A DNA stretch of 63,886 nt, the filler included, from Octopus bimaculoides (taxonomy: Eukaryota), in assembly GCF_001194135.2 (NCBI RefSeq). It is 6 parts of 5 records of this genome, joined end to end, with 100 filler letters (N's around TTAATTAATTAA, not from the genome) between each part and the next. Parts side by side here need not be neighbours in the genome. Positions count along the whole stretch, not along the records: positions 44,548 to 53,532 come from NC_068994.1; positions 53,633 to 63,886 come from NC_069000.1; 4 more parts are not named here. The stretch is one strand, 5' to 3'. Below, one piece after another: positions 49,913 to 62,614 of the stretch; position 1 is the first letter of the stretch, and the number at the start of each line of letters is the position of its first letter. Under the pieces are notes generated by a model. That model saw nothing but the letters and a program-made list of their open reading frames with translations. It searched no databases and had not been told where the DNA came from. A program made the translations under genes and the position numbers.

Positions 49913-51641
49913 GGTATTTGGCAATATATCGTTTTTTCAGTCTAGGAAAAGTGAAATTATTTGTTCAGCAAGTTCCGTATAAAATTTTTTATGTCTTTAA
50001 TGTTAATTTTTGCTGCTGAACAGTGAAAAACACGGTCGAACACACATTCATTGTCTTTCATTTTGCACGAGCAACTTCAACAGAGACACACACTCACTCA
50101 CACATATATAGATACACATGTATAAATATACACGAATCGCTTATTTTTGTGTATGTGTGTTTATGTGCATGTATGTAGAGGTCTGTGTGTAAGAAAGTAA
50201 AGAAGAAAAATGTTTTACGAAATTTGCCGGACAAATAGTTTCACTTTTCCGTTTTCAACCTAACATTTACAAGCTATTTATAGCTTTATATGCTTCGAGA
50301 TTCTGTGCTCCAAAAAAAAAAGTATGATGTTTTATTGTTTATCAAATATCATACAAAATCGTAATTAAATCTCTTTGATTCGCCTTAATAATCACACAGG
50401 TTGTTAAAGCATTATTTGCACTACGCGTGTGGAACCCGTGAGTCTCCGGACTATTCTGGGACCACGTTGAAATGACAACCTTCGTTCACCCAGGTTACAA
50501 GTAAATTATCGTTTTACATTAGTGACTATTGACATCATTTAAACTGAGTTAAGCATTCTGTATTATGGTATATTCCATACACAAAACAGCACTCCTTAGA
50601 ATTCTTGTAAACATTCAGGAATTACACCTGTATAACGTAAATCAGGGCTGCATTGGGTGCTTTATAAGGATTCCATGGGGCTGAGGATTCTCTCATACTC
50701 CACCGTCTTCTTATGGCTGGATACCCTTCCTAACATCAACCATTTCACAGCATGTACTGGGTGCCTTTTTTTTTTCTTTCTTATGACACCAGCACTTGTG
50801 AGGCAGCTTTATCACTCAGAGATGAGGGATTAACCTTTTAGCAGTCAGATTGCTCTGTCAAATGTAATGCTTATTTATTACCTCTGCCTTAGCAAAGGTG
50901 GAGGTATTGTTTAGTCGTGTTTGTTTGTTTGTCCATGGACAAGATATCTCAAGAACTACTGGATGGATCTGGATGACTGGCACAAACTGATTTTGGGATC
51001 GATTTGGTCCTGGACAAGGATTATTTTTCTGGTTTTTTTCCAGGTTCATTTTCAATATTTTCGTCTGTGAGAGCAGTCGAGTTTATTTCAGATATTCTCA
51101 TTTTAAAAATCATCTCTGGCTAATCATTGGGAGGGACGTTGGTGTTGCCTTGGCGAAGGTTTGTGCACTCTGAGTGTCTTGTTCACATTGTTACGCATTA
51201 ATTAGACATTATGTTGTAGCTTTGATATGATTGTTTATTTTTAGAATGACATTGTAGGTTAGATGTGAGAGGTCAAATCTGGCCACTTTGAACATAAGAC
51301 AGGTGGAATATTTGGGTTGGATATGGCTGGTCTAAATGCTAAAGGGTTAAAATATCAGAGAAAGGTTCAAAGAAGAACAGGTTTCTTTCTGATGAGGGGC
51401 CACATGGCTACTCACATTTTAGCTGAGAGGATTGGGATGGAACAGGGAAGAGATGAAAATAACAATGATATAGCATTTGGGTGGACCCTCAAGGTGTTCT
51501 GATTTTAAATACATCGTCTCTAATTCTTCCAACACTCAGTTTCGAGCTGACAACTAATGCATTTTTTTTTTTTTTTTCATGTTTTCTATTAGCAGCATTC
51601 CATAGAATCACCTTTTAATCCATATTAGACACAGCCTAACC

Positions 51642-51813
51642 ATGGATTATCCAGAATGGGATATTCCTGATTCTAAGACTGTCAACAGCTTATCTTTTGA
51701 AATGTTCTCATGTGAAGAAATTAAAAAACTCAGTGTGAAGCCTATAACCAACTCACAGACATTTGATGCCCTTCTCCATCCTCAGCCGAATGGCTTGCAT
51801 GATCTGGCACTTG
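51642..51813 (+). CDS. POLR1A: RNA polymerase I largest subunit (RPA1/A190), first coding exon
   Basis: MDYPEW...SLSFEMFSCEEIKKLSVKPITNSQTFDALLHPQPNGLHDLALG; the GLxDLALG motif is RPA1-type. Donor G|GTAAGT, phase 1. Acceptor at 51592/51595 implies an upstream UTR exon. Confidence 0.92.
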
Positions 51814-52367
51814 GTAAGTTCACAACAAATATTTTTTGTTGTTGTTTTTTTACTATGTTAATTTTTTTTTTTTTTTTTTGCTTTTCTTTATTTAACCTTT
51901 TGACACCAAGTTGACTGAAGCTGCCACATCTTGTTCTGTGGATCAAAAACTCCTTCTTTAACATGCTCGCTCCTGAATTAAACCCGTCCATGATAATTCT
52001 GTATGTTCTGGAACGTCGGCTTAATAGCAATGTCATTTAGTGCTGGTACCATGACAAAAAAGGACCCAGTACAACCTGTAAAGTTGTTGGCTTAAAGAAG
52101 GGCCTCCAACCAAAAAAGCGAACCATGCCAGCATTGAAGACAGACTATTAAGGACAGGGGAGAGCACAGACAAATGAAGAAGCTGAAAATAGGACAATCC
52201 AGATTTGGTTCACCTTTATGCCTCTGGCATTCCTCCTTATATTCTTCCACTCAACTTTTTCCTAAATCCAGATCTAAGTTTCTAGATCTGATCTGCTCAA
52301 AGAAAAGCCGTGAGGTGAGCTTTCTTTCTTTCTCTCTTTTCTAAAACCCAGTATTTCTACTTTACAG

Positions 52368-52492
52368 GTTCCCTTAACAAGTACATCTGTTTTACCTGTG
52401 GTCAACCACCTAACACCTGCACGGGACATCTTGGACATATTCCTTTACCTCTCTTGCTTTACAATCCTATGCTCTACCGGACAATGTTCAAG
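52368..52492 (+). CDS. POLR1A: RNA polymerase I largest subunit, second coding exon (zinc site CxxC...CxGH)
   Basis: TTTACAG| acceptor, phase-compatible; GSLNKYICFTCGQPPNTCTGHLGHIPLPLLLYNPMLYRTMFK; donor AAG|GTCAGT. Confidence 0.95.
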
Positions 52493-52508
52493 GTCAGTAT
52501 TAAACCAC

Positions 52509-52577
52509 TTACATTATTTACATTTGACGGATATTTGTCCTCATCTTGTTTGTTGTTAACACAACGTTTCCCTCAAA
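52509..52577 (-). mobile_element. Family C tail remnant inside POLR1A intron
   Basis: ACATTTGACGGATATTTGTCCTCATCTTGTTTGTTGTTAACACAACGTTTC; hammerhead truncated at GAAAC. Confidence 0.75.
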
Positions 52578-52633
52578 TCCATTTCACCTCAACAAATAAT
52601 CTGCCAATCTCTTAATCTCTCTTTCTCTTTTAG

Positions 52634-52829
52634 ATTCTGAACATGACATGCTCCAGTTGCAATATGCTGGTTTTGACCAAGGAGGCCCTGCAAATAGTTG
52701 AGAGTAAAATTTCTCTAATTAAAAGTGGTCATTTGATTGCATACCATGAGATTAATGAAAAGACCAATGATCCGAATAGAATTGAAGAAATAATGAATTC
52801 GTTACCACAGACAGATGTGGCAAAAGATG
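52634..52829 (+). CDS. POLR1A: RNA polymerase I largest subunit, third coding exon (second zinc CxxC)
   Basis: TTTTAG| acceptor, phase 0; ILNMTCSSCNMLVLTKEALQIVESKISLIKSGHL...; donor G|GTAAGT. No later exons recognised; a scaffold join follows at 53533. Confidence 0.9.
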
Positions 52830-53491
52830 GTAAGTGAAGAGGAATGCTTTTGTGTTTTGTTATTTATGCCCCAAGTTTGACAACAGATGGAGACAGGGAA
52901 AGCACACTGTGTGTTTCATTAGTGTTGTTATCCGTCTTGTTAAGCTGCAGATTAACCTGGATCAGATAAACCTATAATCAAAGACATTCCAACTATGAAC
53001 ATACCGTCTTTTATTCACACAAAATCCACACACACACACACACACACATATATAGAGGTCGTCGTCGACTTAGAACCACAATTGGTTCTGACTGACTGGT
53101 CATAAGTCAGCCTGTAAGGTTACATAGTTTTGTTTTATATTTTTACATTCTTAAGGTACATTCTCAGGTAAAAGTCACACACACCATTCTGTATTATACT
53201 ATTAAACTGGCGTTAGTCAAAAGTACCAGAGTCTCAAGCAGTTGTCTTACAAACAAATACGAGGTTGCTTCGATGTCTCCATGACAAGATATTCATCCAA
53301 CACTTGGGATAACCACAGTGGTGATCGATAACCAAACCTAGGGGAAGCATTTCTTAGCTGACATCATCTGTAGATGGGTTAATTTCTAAGAAATTAAACC
53401 CATTAGATTTCTACTGGACTATTTATTATTGCTGCCAGGCGCTGGTGTGACAATCGTTGTAAGTCAGTAACAACCTGTGTATGTATGTATG

Positions 53492-53532
<41 letters not shown>

Positions 53533-55522
53533 NNNNNNNNNNNNNNNNNNNNNNNNNNNNNNNNNNNNNNNNNNNNTTAATTAATTAANNNNNNNNNNNN
53601 NNNNNNNNNNNNNNNNNNNNNNNNNNNNNNNNTGTGTGTGTGTGTGTGTGTGTGTGTCTGTGTGTACGTGAATGTACTTTATGCACGTCCACAAATTAGC
53701 ACGCATGTCGCACCAATTTTAGGAGGACATTGGTCACAACCACGGCTGTGCTTTTGTCAAATTATTTTTCCCGAGGCACCCCCGGGTAGCAGTAAAAATA
53801 GATTTTCAATCATAACTTTTATCAGTTTTCACGTCGGTGACTTCTGTAAGTTTAGTTTACTAACATGAATTAAGTTCCCTGTCTTATAGATTAATTCACC
53901 CTACTACAATGCCTCCGGAAAAAAAATTAGATTTGGACTACCTAAGAAATCTCAGCATAGGAAAAGAGAAAGAGCTGAAGAGACTGACTATCAGCAGACC
54001 CATTTGTAAAATATTATAACTTTTGGGGCCGAAACCTGGCAATAAGAGTTTGCGGATATTCCGCTACAAAACATTTAATAATATTGAAGCAGTAACTTTC
54101 ATAAATAAAGGTGTAATTTTTGAAAACTCTTTCTGAACCCAGTCAACGACGGATATTTCTACTAGTTTTATATACTTAAATACAGATTTCCCCAAACTAT
54201 AATTTACATGCCTCTCCCATATTCACATTTCATTTCCCGATTCTATCCCTTTTCTCTGCTTCAATTTTACTGCGACTTCCTCATTTAAAAGGACTTTCTA
54301 TCTTTCCATTCTGCAGACACATATTTTTTGTTCTTTCCTAATTTTTTTCTAGCCCGTGTATAATCTACAGACCGTGTATAATCATTCTGCCACCAGATAT
54401 ATTTCAATAGACTTCTTTTGCTGTTCTTCCTCTCTTCCTACGCAGCCACCAAACCTTACACTGTCGCGCATTCTTTCAAGTGCTTCATATGACTTTCATG
54501 TTATTTATATAATATTCTAGAGCCTACCCTCACTCAGAGGCATATACAACTTTCTGCATTGTTTCTTTTACATTACATTCAATAAGTTATATATANNNNN
54601 NNNNNNNNNNNNNNNNNNNNNNNNNNNNNNNNNNNNNNNNNNNNNNNNNNNNNNNNNNNNNNNNNNNNNNNNNNNNNNNNNNNNNNNNNNNNNNNNNNNN
54701 NNNNNNNNNNNNNNNNNNNNNNNNNNNNNNNNNNNNNNNNNNNNNNNNNNNNNNNNNNNNNNNNNNNNNNNNNNNNNNNNNNNNNNNNNNNNNNNNNNNN
54801 NNNNNNNNNNNNNNNNNNNNNNNNNNNNNNNNNNNNNNNNNNNNNNNNNNNNNNNNNNNNNNNNNNNNNNNNNNNNNNNNNNNNNNNNNNNNNNNNNNNN
54901 NNNNNNNNNNNNNNNNNNNNNNNNNNNNNNNNNNNNNNNNNNNNNNNNNNNNNNNNNNNNNNNNNNNNNNNNNNNNNNNNNNNNNNNNNNNNNNNNNNNN
55001 NNNNNNNNNNNNNNNNNNNNNNNNNNNNNNNNNNNNNNNNNNNNNNNNNNNNNNNNNNNNNNNNNNNNNNNNNNNNNNNNNNNNNNNNNNNNNNNNNNNN
55101 NNNNNNNNNNNNNNNNNNNNNNNNNNNNNNNNNNNNNNNNNNNNNNNNNNNNNNNNNNNNNNNNNNNNNNNNNNNNNNNNNNNNNNNNNNNNNNNNNNNN
55201 NNNNNNNNNNNNNNNNNNNNNNNNNNNNNNNNNNNNNNNNNNNNNNNNNNNNNNNNNNNNNNNNNNNNNNNNNNNNNNNNNNNNNNNNNNNNNNNNNNNN
55301 NNNNNNNNNNNNNNNNNNNNNNNNNNNNNNNNNNNNNNNNNNNNNNNNNNNNNNNNNNNNNNNNNNNNNNNNNNNNNNNNNNNNNNNNNNNNNNNNNNNN
55401 NNNNNNNNNNNNNNNNNNNNNNNNNNNNNNNNNACACACACTTGCACACACATGCACATGCACATGTGTGTATGTATGTATGTATGTATGTATGTATGTA
55501 TGTATGTATGTGTGTGTGTATG

Positions 55523-55553
<31 letters not shown>

Positions 55554-55559
55554 GTGTGT

Positions 55560-55825
55560 GTGTATCACGCCTCCCTCACACCTTTACCACAACCCACTCA
55601 ACTCCTCCCAGTAGAATCGTATTCCCAACCGATCCCTAATTCTTTTTTCCCTTTCTTCTTCCCTCCACTCAACCGCCTACTTCCGTTTTATCTGATGAGG
55701 AACTCTGATGTCCGAAACGTCAAAGACCCTTTCTTTTCCTTTTCAAGCATGAAACGAATAACACCTTTGTGAAAACTCATCCCACTTTTTTTTACCTTGT
55801 TTTTGTTGTTTTTGCTCACTCACCA
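55560..55825 (+). mobile_element. Probable Penelope-like element 3' end (family H3)
   Basis: C/T-rich lead-in, hammerhead, T-rich tail, flanked by (TATG)/(TACA)n; single copy in the window. Confidence 0.55.
55685..55727 (+). ncRNA. Minimal type I hammerhead ribozyme motif, canonical core
   Basis: GUUUU(A)U CUGAUGA GGA(A)C-UCUGAU-GUCC GAAAC GUC AAAGAC; predicted cleavage after C55721. Confidence 0.78.
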
Positions 55826-56404
55826 TACGTACATACATACATACATACATACATACATACGTACATAAACATACATGCATACAATCATATATACAGAAAG
55901 AGACAGAGGGAGAGAGAAAGGGAACTAAACTGATGTATTAGCATCAAGCATATATCCTTACTAATTAAGGGCTCGATTAAACACAGAAAGAGAGAGACAG
56001 AGAAGCAGAGAGAGACAGGAAAAAAGGGTCGGGGGTAAATTGATGTATAAACATCAAGCATATATCCTTGGCAATTAAGAACTCGGGTAAACAGCGACAC
56101 GGCGTAACATTTCAGTAAGCCCAGGTAGAAATAAATACTCGCATGTATATTTATAATCGGCGTATCTGGAATAAAAAAAAGGTGTAAAGTTCACAGAGTT
56201 CATAATTTAATTATGTTCATTGTCTGTTTCGTTAAGAATAAACATAATTAATTCCGTAATTACTTAATTAGTATATGTAATTAATTAAATTAAATGAATT
56301 TAAATTAAAACAAAAGCACCCAGAGAACGCAAACCACTGCTAAGGCAACACCTCAAAGTATGCTTCTTGCATGACGGTTGAATACCATTATTTTAATAGA
56401 ATTG

Positions 56405-56449
<45 letters not shown>

Positions 56450-56529
56450 ATAATAATAATAATGATAATAATACTGCTGCTGCTGCTTATTCTCTGTCGT
56501 CTGCAGTAATAAAATATTTATGTTTTGTC

Positions 56530-56850
56530 TGTATGGAACAATTGATCGTTAATATTGGCACTTGCAATGCCCCGGAAGAAGAGACTCAACATTTCTCAAC
56601 GGCTAGAGGAAACTTAATATGAGAAATTGGTCGAAGAGGCCCTTCCTAAGGGATGACATACAACCTCATTTCCTACTGAAGTCGGCTGCCTCGGCTTTCC
56701 AGCCATATCAGTGCACTATTTTCTGCAGAAGATTGGTCTGGAACCCTGAGACCTGAAGTAAGTCACCAAGGATGAAACCAGTTCAAAGTGGCTGTAGTCG
56801 TCAAGAGACCAAAGAAGGAACCCTTCCTCGGACGAAGACTAATTTTCTCC
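56530..56850 (+). mobile_element. Hero/NeSL-like (RLE-type) non-LTR retrotransposon C-terminal relic
   Basis: YEKLVEEALPKG*HTTSFPTEVGCLGFPAISVHYFLQKIG...SSKWL matches the Y..L....GW....VEVGCRGF pattern; multiple stops. Confidence 0.65.
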
Positions 56851-57182
56851 TCGTTGCCTCGCCCAGGTGAAGTATACAATCTAAGGGGGAAATGCTTGTG
56901 ACCCTCAGATACCTGCTGACGGTACAGAAGGGTTTCCGACATTGCGATCGATTCCAAAATAAAAGATTGAAATATTTTTGAGTAATTCCGTCTGTTTCTG
57001 CATGGAGCAGAGCACCTCTGATGTTTATTTCAGATCATAACTACTTCGTTCTGCATCCAGCAACCTTGCACTGTCCAAATTTTATGTAAATCGTGCAACC
57101 CTAGAGGTTTTCATGCATGTTATCTAATATAACCCTAATAGTGTTACGTACTTTATAGATTGTTATTACAGAATAGACATTT

Positions 57183-57385
57183 TAAGGCGGCGAGCTGGCA
57201 GAAACGTTTGCACGTTGGCATTTCATCTGTCTTTATGTTCTGAGTCCAAATCCCGCTGAGGTCAACTTCGCATTTTATCATTTTGGTGTTGATTAAAATA
57301 ATTACCACTTGAGCACTGTTATTAATGCAATCAGTTTAACCCCTTCCTGCAAAATGTCAGGCTTTGTGCATATAGTAGAAAGGAG
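57183..57385 (+). mobile_element. SINE family B
   Basis: AAGGCGGCGAGCTGGCAGAAACGTT head and family B tail. Confidence 0.82.
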
Positions 57386-59015
57386 TATGGACTGGACATT
57401 TTGAAATTGTTTTGAAATATTGTTTAATAATTATTTAGTTAATATGCAGTAATATAACTTCAGATGTTAGTTAACTCGATGTAAACAATGCAATTTACTA
57501 CACTACGTTCAGACAATGTTTTCAAATGGATTTTTCTTGATTCTTTAATAAAAGGTGAAGATAATACAAGATAATGTTTACGAAGACAAGATACATGACC
57601 AGTAGCTTCTGTAAGAATCTGTTACGGTAAAATATATGAAAAAGTTAGATAACATGAATGGCTACTACATTAATGGTATTTGTAACTCATTCTTGTCCAT
57701 CGTCGCTAACAGTCAGTGTTAGCAGTGAGACGTTTCATCACTAATTAATCTAATGAATCTGAAATATTTACTGCGTGGCGTCAGTATTTAACCAAATCAG
57801 CTTCTTTCTTTGATAGACGGGAATGCCGAGAAAGCTAACACCTTACTGTTTACAAGAAAGAAGAAAAAAAAATATGGGAAATGTCGGGCGCTCGACAAGA
57901 GATAAATTCTTGATAAAAATAAACAGACAAGTGGAGTGTGGAAGGATTAAAAACAAAGTAACACATGTAAAAGACAGATAACGGGGGGTTGTTTCGTTTT
58001 TCCTTTGCTGTCTTTTTATTTATTTATTTATTATTTTTCTGGAAGAGGAAATTTCAGACGTTGTTAGTCAGGTGAGGAATGTTTCGAGAATGATGAATTA
58101 GCTGTTCTTTTTCTGGCGCTAAAAATTTTCGGGTTGATTAGGATAATTAATGTATTCATTACGAAAGGAACTTTGTTAATATGAAATATATAGTAATTCT
58201 GCTTTCTCAAATGTAAGGTGAGACACATCAGACTGAACCCGGTTTCAGTTCAAAATCCATTCAACTGAAATCGTTATCTCTGCTTTATTATTAGTATNNN
58301 NNNNNNNNNNNNNNNNNNNNNNNNNNNNNNNNNNNNNNNNNNNNNNNNNNNNNNNNNNNNNNNNNNNNNNNNNNNNNNNNNNNNNNNNNNNNNNNNNNNN
58401 NNNNNNNNNNNNNNNNNNNNNNNNNNNNNNNNNNNNNNNNNNNNNNNNNNNNNNNNNNNNNNNNNNNNNNNNNNNNNNNNNNNNNNNNNNNNNNNNNNNN
58501 NNNNNNNNNNNNNNNNNNNNNNNNNNNNNNNNNNNNNNNNNNNNNNNNNNNNNNNNNNNNNNNNNNNNNNNNNNNNNNNNNNNNNNNNNNNNNNNNNNNN
58601 NNNNNNNNNNNNNNNNNNNNNNNNNNNNNNNNNNNNNNNNNNNNNNNNNNNNNNNNNNNNNNNNNNNNNNNNNNNNNNNNNNNNNNNNNNNNNNNNNNNN
58701 NNNNNNNNNNNNNNNNNNNNNNNNNNNNNNNNNNNNNNNNNNNNNNNNNNNNNNNNNNNNNNNNNNNNNNNNNNNNNNNNNNNNNNNNNNNNNNNNNNNN
58801 NNNNNNNNNNNNNNNNNNNNNNNNNNNNNNNNNNNNNNNNNNNNNNNNNNNNNNNNNNNNNNNNNNNNNNNNNNNNNNNNNNNNNNNNNNNNNNNNNNNN
58901 NNNNNNNNNNNNNNNNNNNNNNNNNNNNNNNNNNNNNNNNNNNNNNNNNNNNNNNNNNNNNNNNNNNNNNNNNNNTTTTTTTTTTTTTTTTGTCAATATT
59001 ATACATGATACTGCA

Positions 59016-59490
59016 GGCGCAGGCATGGCTATGTTGTTAAGAAGCTCACTTTGCAGCCAAGAGGTTTCAGGTTCAGTATCACTGCTCCGCACTTTGAGCA
59101 AATGAGTTAAACTGTAGCCCCGGGCCGACCAATACTTTGTGAGTGGAATTGGTGGAAGAAAGCTATATAAAATCCCGCCTATGTATGTGTGTGTATGCGT
59201 GTGTGTGTGTGTATGAGTGTGTGTGTATGTATGCATGTATGTATATGTATCTGTGTCTGTGTGTATGTGTGTGTGTCTGTGTGTTAGCATCTTTGTGCCA
59301 GTGTTTGTCCCCTACACCGCTTGATAACCAATGCTGGTTTGTTTATGTCTCCATAACTTAGTGCTTTCCGATAGAATAAGTAACAGGCTTCAGCAAAGCA
59401 AAAACAAAAATTAAGTGCCGGGGTCGTTTTGTTCAACTAAAACTTCTTCAAGCTGGTACCCCAGCATTGGCGGTATAAAAGACAAACCGG
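59016..59490 (+). mobile_element. SINE family A
   Basis: GGCGCAGGCATGGCT head, CCCGGGCCGACCAA core, TG tract, 3' half. Confidence 0.85.
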
Positions 59491-59604
59491 CATATAAGAC
59501 GTACTCTAATTTCAGCTGAAGATAGACCCAATAAAAGGAGGTTTTATGGCGTTTAATAATATAGCGTTTAAAACAATTTAGAAATGCATTGCAAAATTCT
59601 TTTA

Positions 59605-59830
59605 TTCTTTTATTCTTTTATTCTTTCAGTCATTTGACTGCGGCCATGCTGGGGTACCGCCTTGACGGGTTTTAGTCGAACAAATCGACACTAGAACTTA
59701 TTTTTTAAGCTTAGCACTTTTCTGTTGGTCCCTCTACCGAAACGCTAGCTTACGGGGACGTAAGAATACCAACACCGGTTGTCAAGCGGCGATGGGGGTA
59801 CAAACACAAACACATACACATAGATATACA
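59605..59830 (-). mobile_element. SINE family A, 3' half
   Basis: TTTCAGTCATTTGACTGCGGCCATGCTGG. Confidence 0.85.
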
Positions 59831-59831
59831 C

Positions 59832-59913
<82 letters not shown>

Positions 59914-59914
59914 C

Positions 59915-60090
59915 ACAAACGTGTGTGTCTGTGTGTTTGTCCGCCACACTGCTTGACAACCGGTGCAGGTGTGTTTACGTACCGATAGAATAAGCACTGG
60001 GGATCGATAATCTGGACTAAATATTTTTCAAGACTGTGCCCCAGATTGGCCGCAGTCTAATGACTGAAACAAATAAAAGGATAAAAAGAT
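59915..60090 (+). mobile_element. SINE family A, 3' half
   Basis: CTTGACAACCGG...GGCCGCAGTCTAATGACTGAAAC. Confidence 0.82.
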
Positions 60091-60819
60091 AAAGCATGAA
60101 TGACAACTCAGAACCAACAAAATGCCTGAGAGGACGGCCTCCCCTCAGAGAAACCTATAACGTAGTGCAGCGCAGCTAAAAAAAAAAAAATAAATAATAA
60201 TAATAATAATAAATAAGATAAAAAAAAATTAAGAAAACACCAATGTAAAGCAGGAATTCAACTAGGGAAATGCGGAAAAGACAGTCCGGAATCGAGAACA
60301 GCGAAAGGAAGTCGTGGCCGTCCTATACTTCATAAGAAGCGAAAGGATAAAACAAACAATTTATGTTTGTAGTGAATAAGATCCACCCGCCCCTTTATTC
60401 TCCACCAGAAACCAGCACAGCATAGCAAAAAATGAAACGTTATAATTATTGATGCATTTAGTTACGTATCTATTTTATTTTCTGGTTTTGAAACGTTGGT
60501 TCCCAAGAGATAAACAAGAATGTGCGGAGTTTCAGAAGTTAAGTATCATATTTAATTAGTTTATTATAAGATTTCTAACAATAGAAGCTTTGTCAGCTTG
60601 GTGAACAGCTGTCATCTCGATGGATATTGTGAAATGAATATTAATGAGATTTTATTTTGTAATAGACGCACACTAAGATAACTAAATGCGCCGCTCATGT
60701 CCTTATATAACTTGCATATCTATGCAAAGGAAGTTAACACTGTACATCCGTCCATCCGTCTATATATATATATATAATGTGCACGTCAAGGTCACCAGCC
60801 CTCTTCCACACGCACATAC

Positions 60820-61125
60820 ATGCTCTCTTATACATACGTACACGCACCTTTCGTTTTGGGATCACCACTACTTTATTATCTCCCCTTCTTCCTAGCTCTC
60901 CGGTATGACCCCTCTATCCGGCATTCACCATGATAGATCGCTAGCAACTATAACTTATTCTATTTTCTCTCCTTGTTTCTCTCTGTGTTCCTTTCTGTAG
61001 AAGAGCGTAGGCTCGAAACATTAACGACTTTTTCACTTCCCGGGCGTTAAACTAATACATCTGTTTATTGTCTACACCACCTGTCTTCGTCTTTTGTTTT
61101 TTTGCAAATTCTCCCTATATATAAC
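60820..61125 (+). mobile_element. Family H2 Penelope-like 3' end; degenerate hammerhead at 60990-61027
   Basis: CUUU CUGUAGA A GAGC-GUAG-GCUC GAAAC AUU; homologous to 25322-25631. Confidence 0.65.
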
Positions 61126-61134
61126 GTATGTATA

Positions 61135-61208
<74 letters not shown>

Positions 61209-61227
61209 GTATGTACTTATGTATGTA

Positions 61228-61278
<51 letters not shown>

Positions 61279-61404
61279 TCCAATGTGTGTTCTTATTTTC
61301 TACTTGTTTTGTAAAATTCTTCATGTAAAGTGCTGTGTTGAGGCAGAGATTATTGTACCTTGGGTCATTTTCCCAAGAGAAACACACGCACTGGTTATAT
61401 TTCA

Positions 61405-61442
<38 letters not shown>

Positions 61443-61649
61443 CATCATCATCATTATCATTAACATCATCATCAGCATCATCATCAGTTTATACAACAGT
61501 TTGATCGCTAAATCAGTTAATGGTCAGGGTCGTTTCATCCCAGTCTGCGACCTTATCGATGTCGTGCCCTCATCTGCTGAGAGATCTGTCCCGAACGGAT
61601 TTCGCAGTGCTCTGCTTCCCTATTTAGATTTAGAGTAAGCATATACAAA

Positions 61650-61840
61650 TGCGAAACAAGGTGGAAAAAATAGTACTCGAATACCAGAGGTAGAGTAATA
61701 TACTTTATTAAAAAGCAGCAAAAATATCGCAAAAACTGTTACTCAGTGTTTCACGTTCCCGTTCGACGGAGAGTTTCTAAACAGAACGTGAAACTGTAAC
61801 CGTTTTTGTGATATTTTTGCTCCTTTTTAATAAAGTATAT
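61650..61840. mobile_element. Palindromic repeat (family H4) with degenerate hammerhead at 61734-61775 (minus)
   Basis: Arms ATATACTTTATTAAAAAGCAGCAAAAATATCGCAAAAAC / GTTTTTGTGATATTTTTGCTCCTTTTTAATAAAGTATAT; minus AACUCU CCGUCGA ACG-GGAA-CGU GAAAC ACU GAGUA ACAGUU. Confidence 0.6.
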
Positions 61841-61859
61841 GTATGCATATATATATTTA

Positions 61860-62050
61860 TGTGTATGTGTGTGTGTGTGTGTCTTTGTGTCTGTGTTTCC
61901 TCCATTCCATCGCTTGACAACTTAGCGGTTCGGTAAAGAGAATGATAGAATAAGCACTAAGCTCACAAAGAATAAGTCCTGAGGTCGATTTCTTCGACTA
62001 AAACCTTTTAAAGTGGTGCTCCACCATGGCCACAGATTAATGAACTGAAA
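61860..62050 (+). mobile_element. SINE family A, 3' half
   Basis: CTTAGCGGTTCGG...GAATAAGTCCTGAGGTCGATTTCTTCGACT. Confidence 0.85.
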
Positions 62051-62062
62051 CGCATGTGCGTG

Positions 62063-62144
<82 letters not shown>

Positions 62145-62579
62145 AATCTATCTATCTATTTATCTGTAAGTTAAATTAAAACAGTAGGGTAAAAAATTGG
62201 ATATTAATTAATATCAATTTAATACCAGGGAACAANNNNNNNNNNNNNNNNNNNNNNNNNNNNNNNNNNNNNNNNNNNNNNNNNNNNNNNNNNNNNNNNN
62301 NNNNNNNNNNNNNNNNNNNNNNNNNNTGTATGTATGTATGTATGTATGTATGTATGTATCTATGTATGTATGTATGTATGTATGTATGTATGTATGTATG
62401 TGTATATAGTTGCGTGCACCTACAGTACTTTAAGAGAGTACCGACCAGATGAGAATTTAGTTAAGTTATTCTATATGTTGCGGGGAAATTCGAACCGAAA
62501 GATTCCCAAATTCAATTAGCTCAATCTTGTTGTTTAACCAAGGTCTTCTGTAATTCTTTGAAAGGCGTTTTAGTGTATA

Positions 62580-62614
<35 letters not shown>

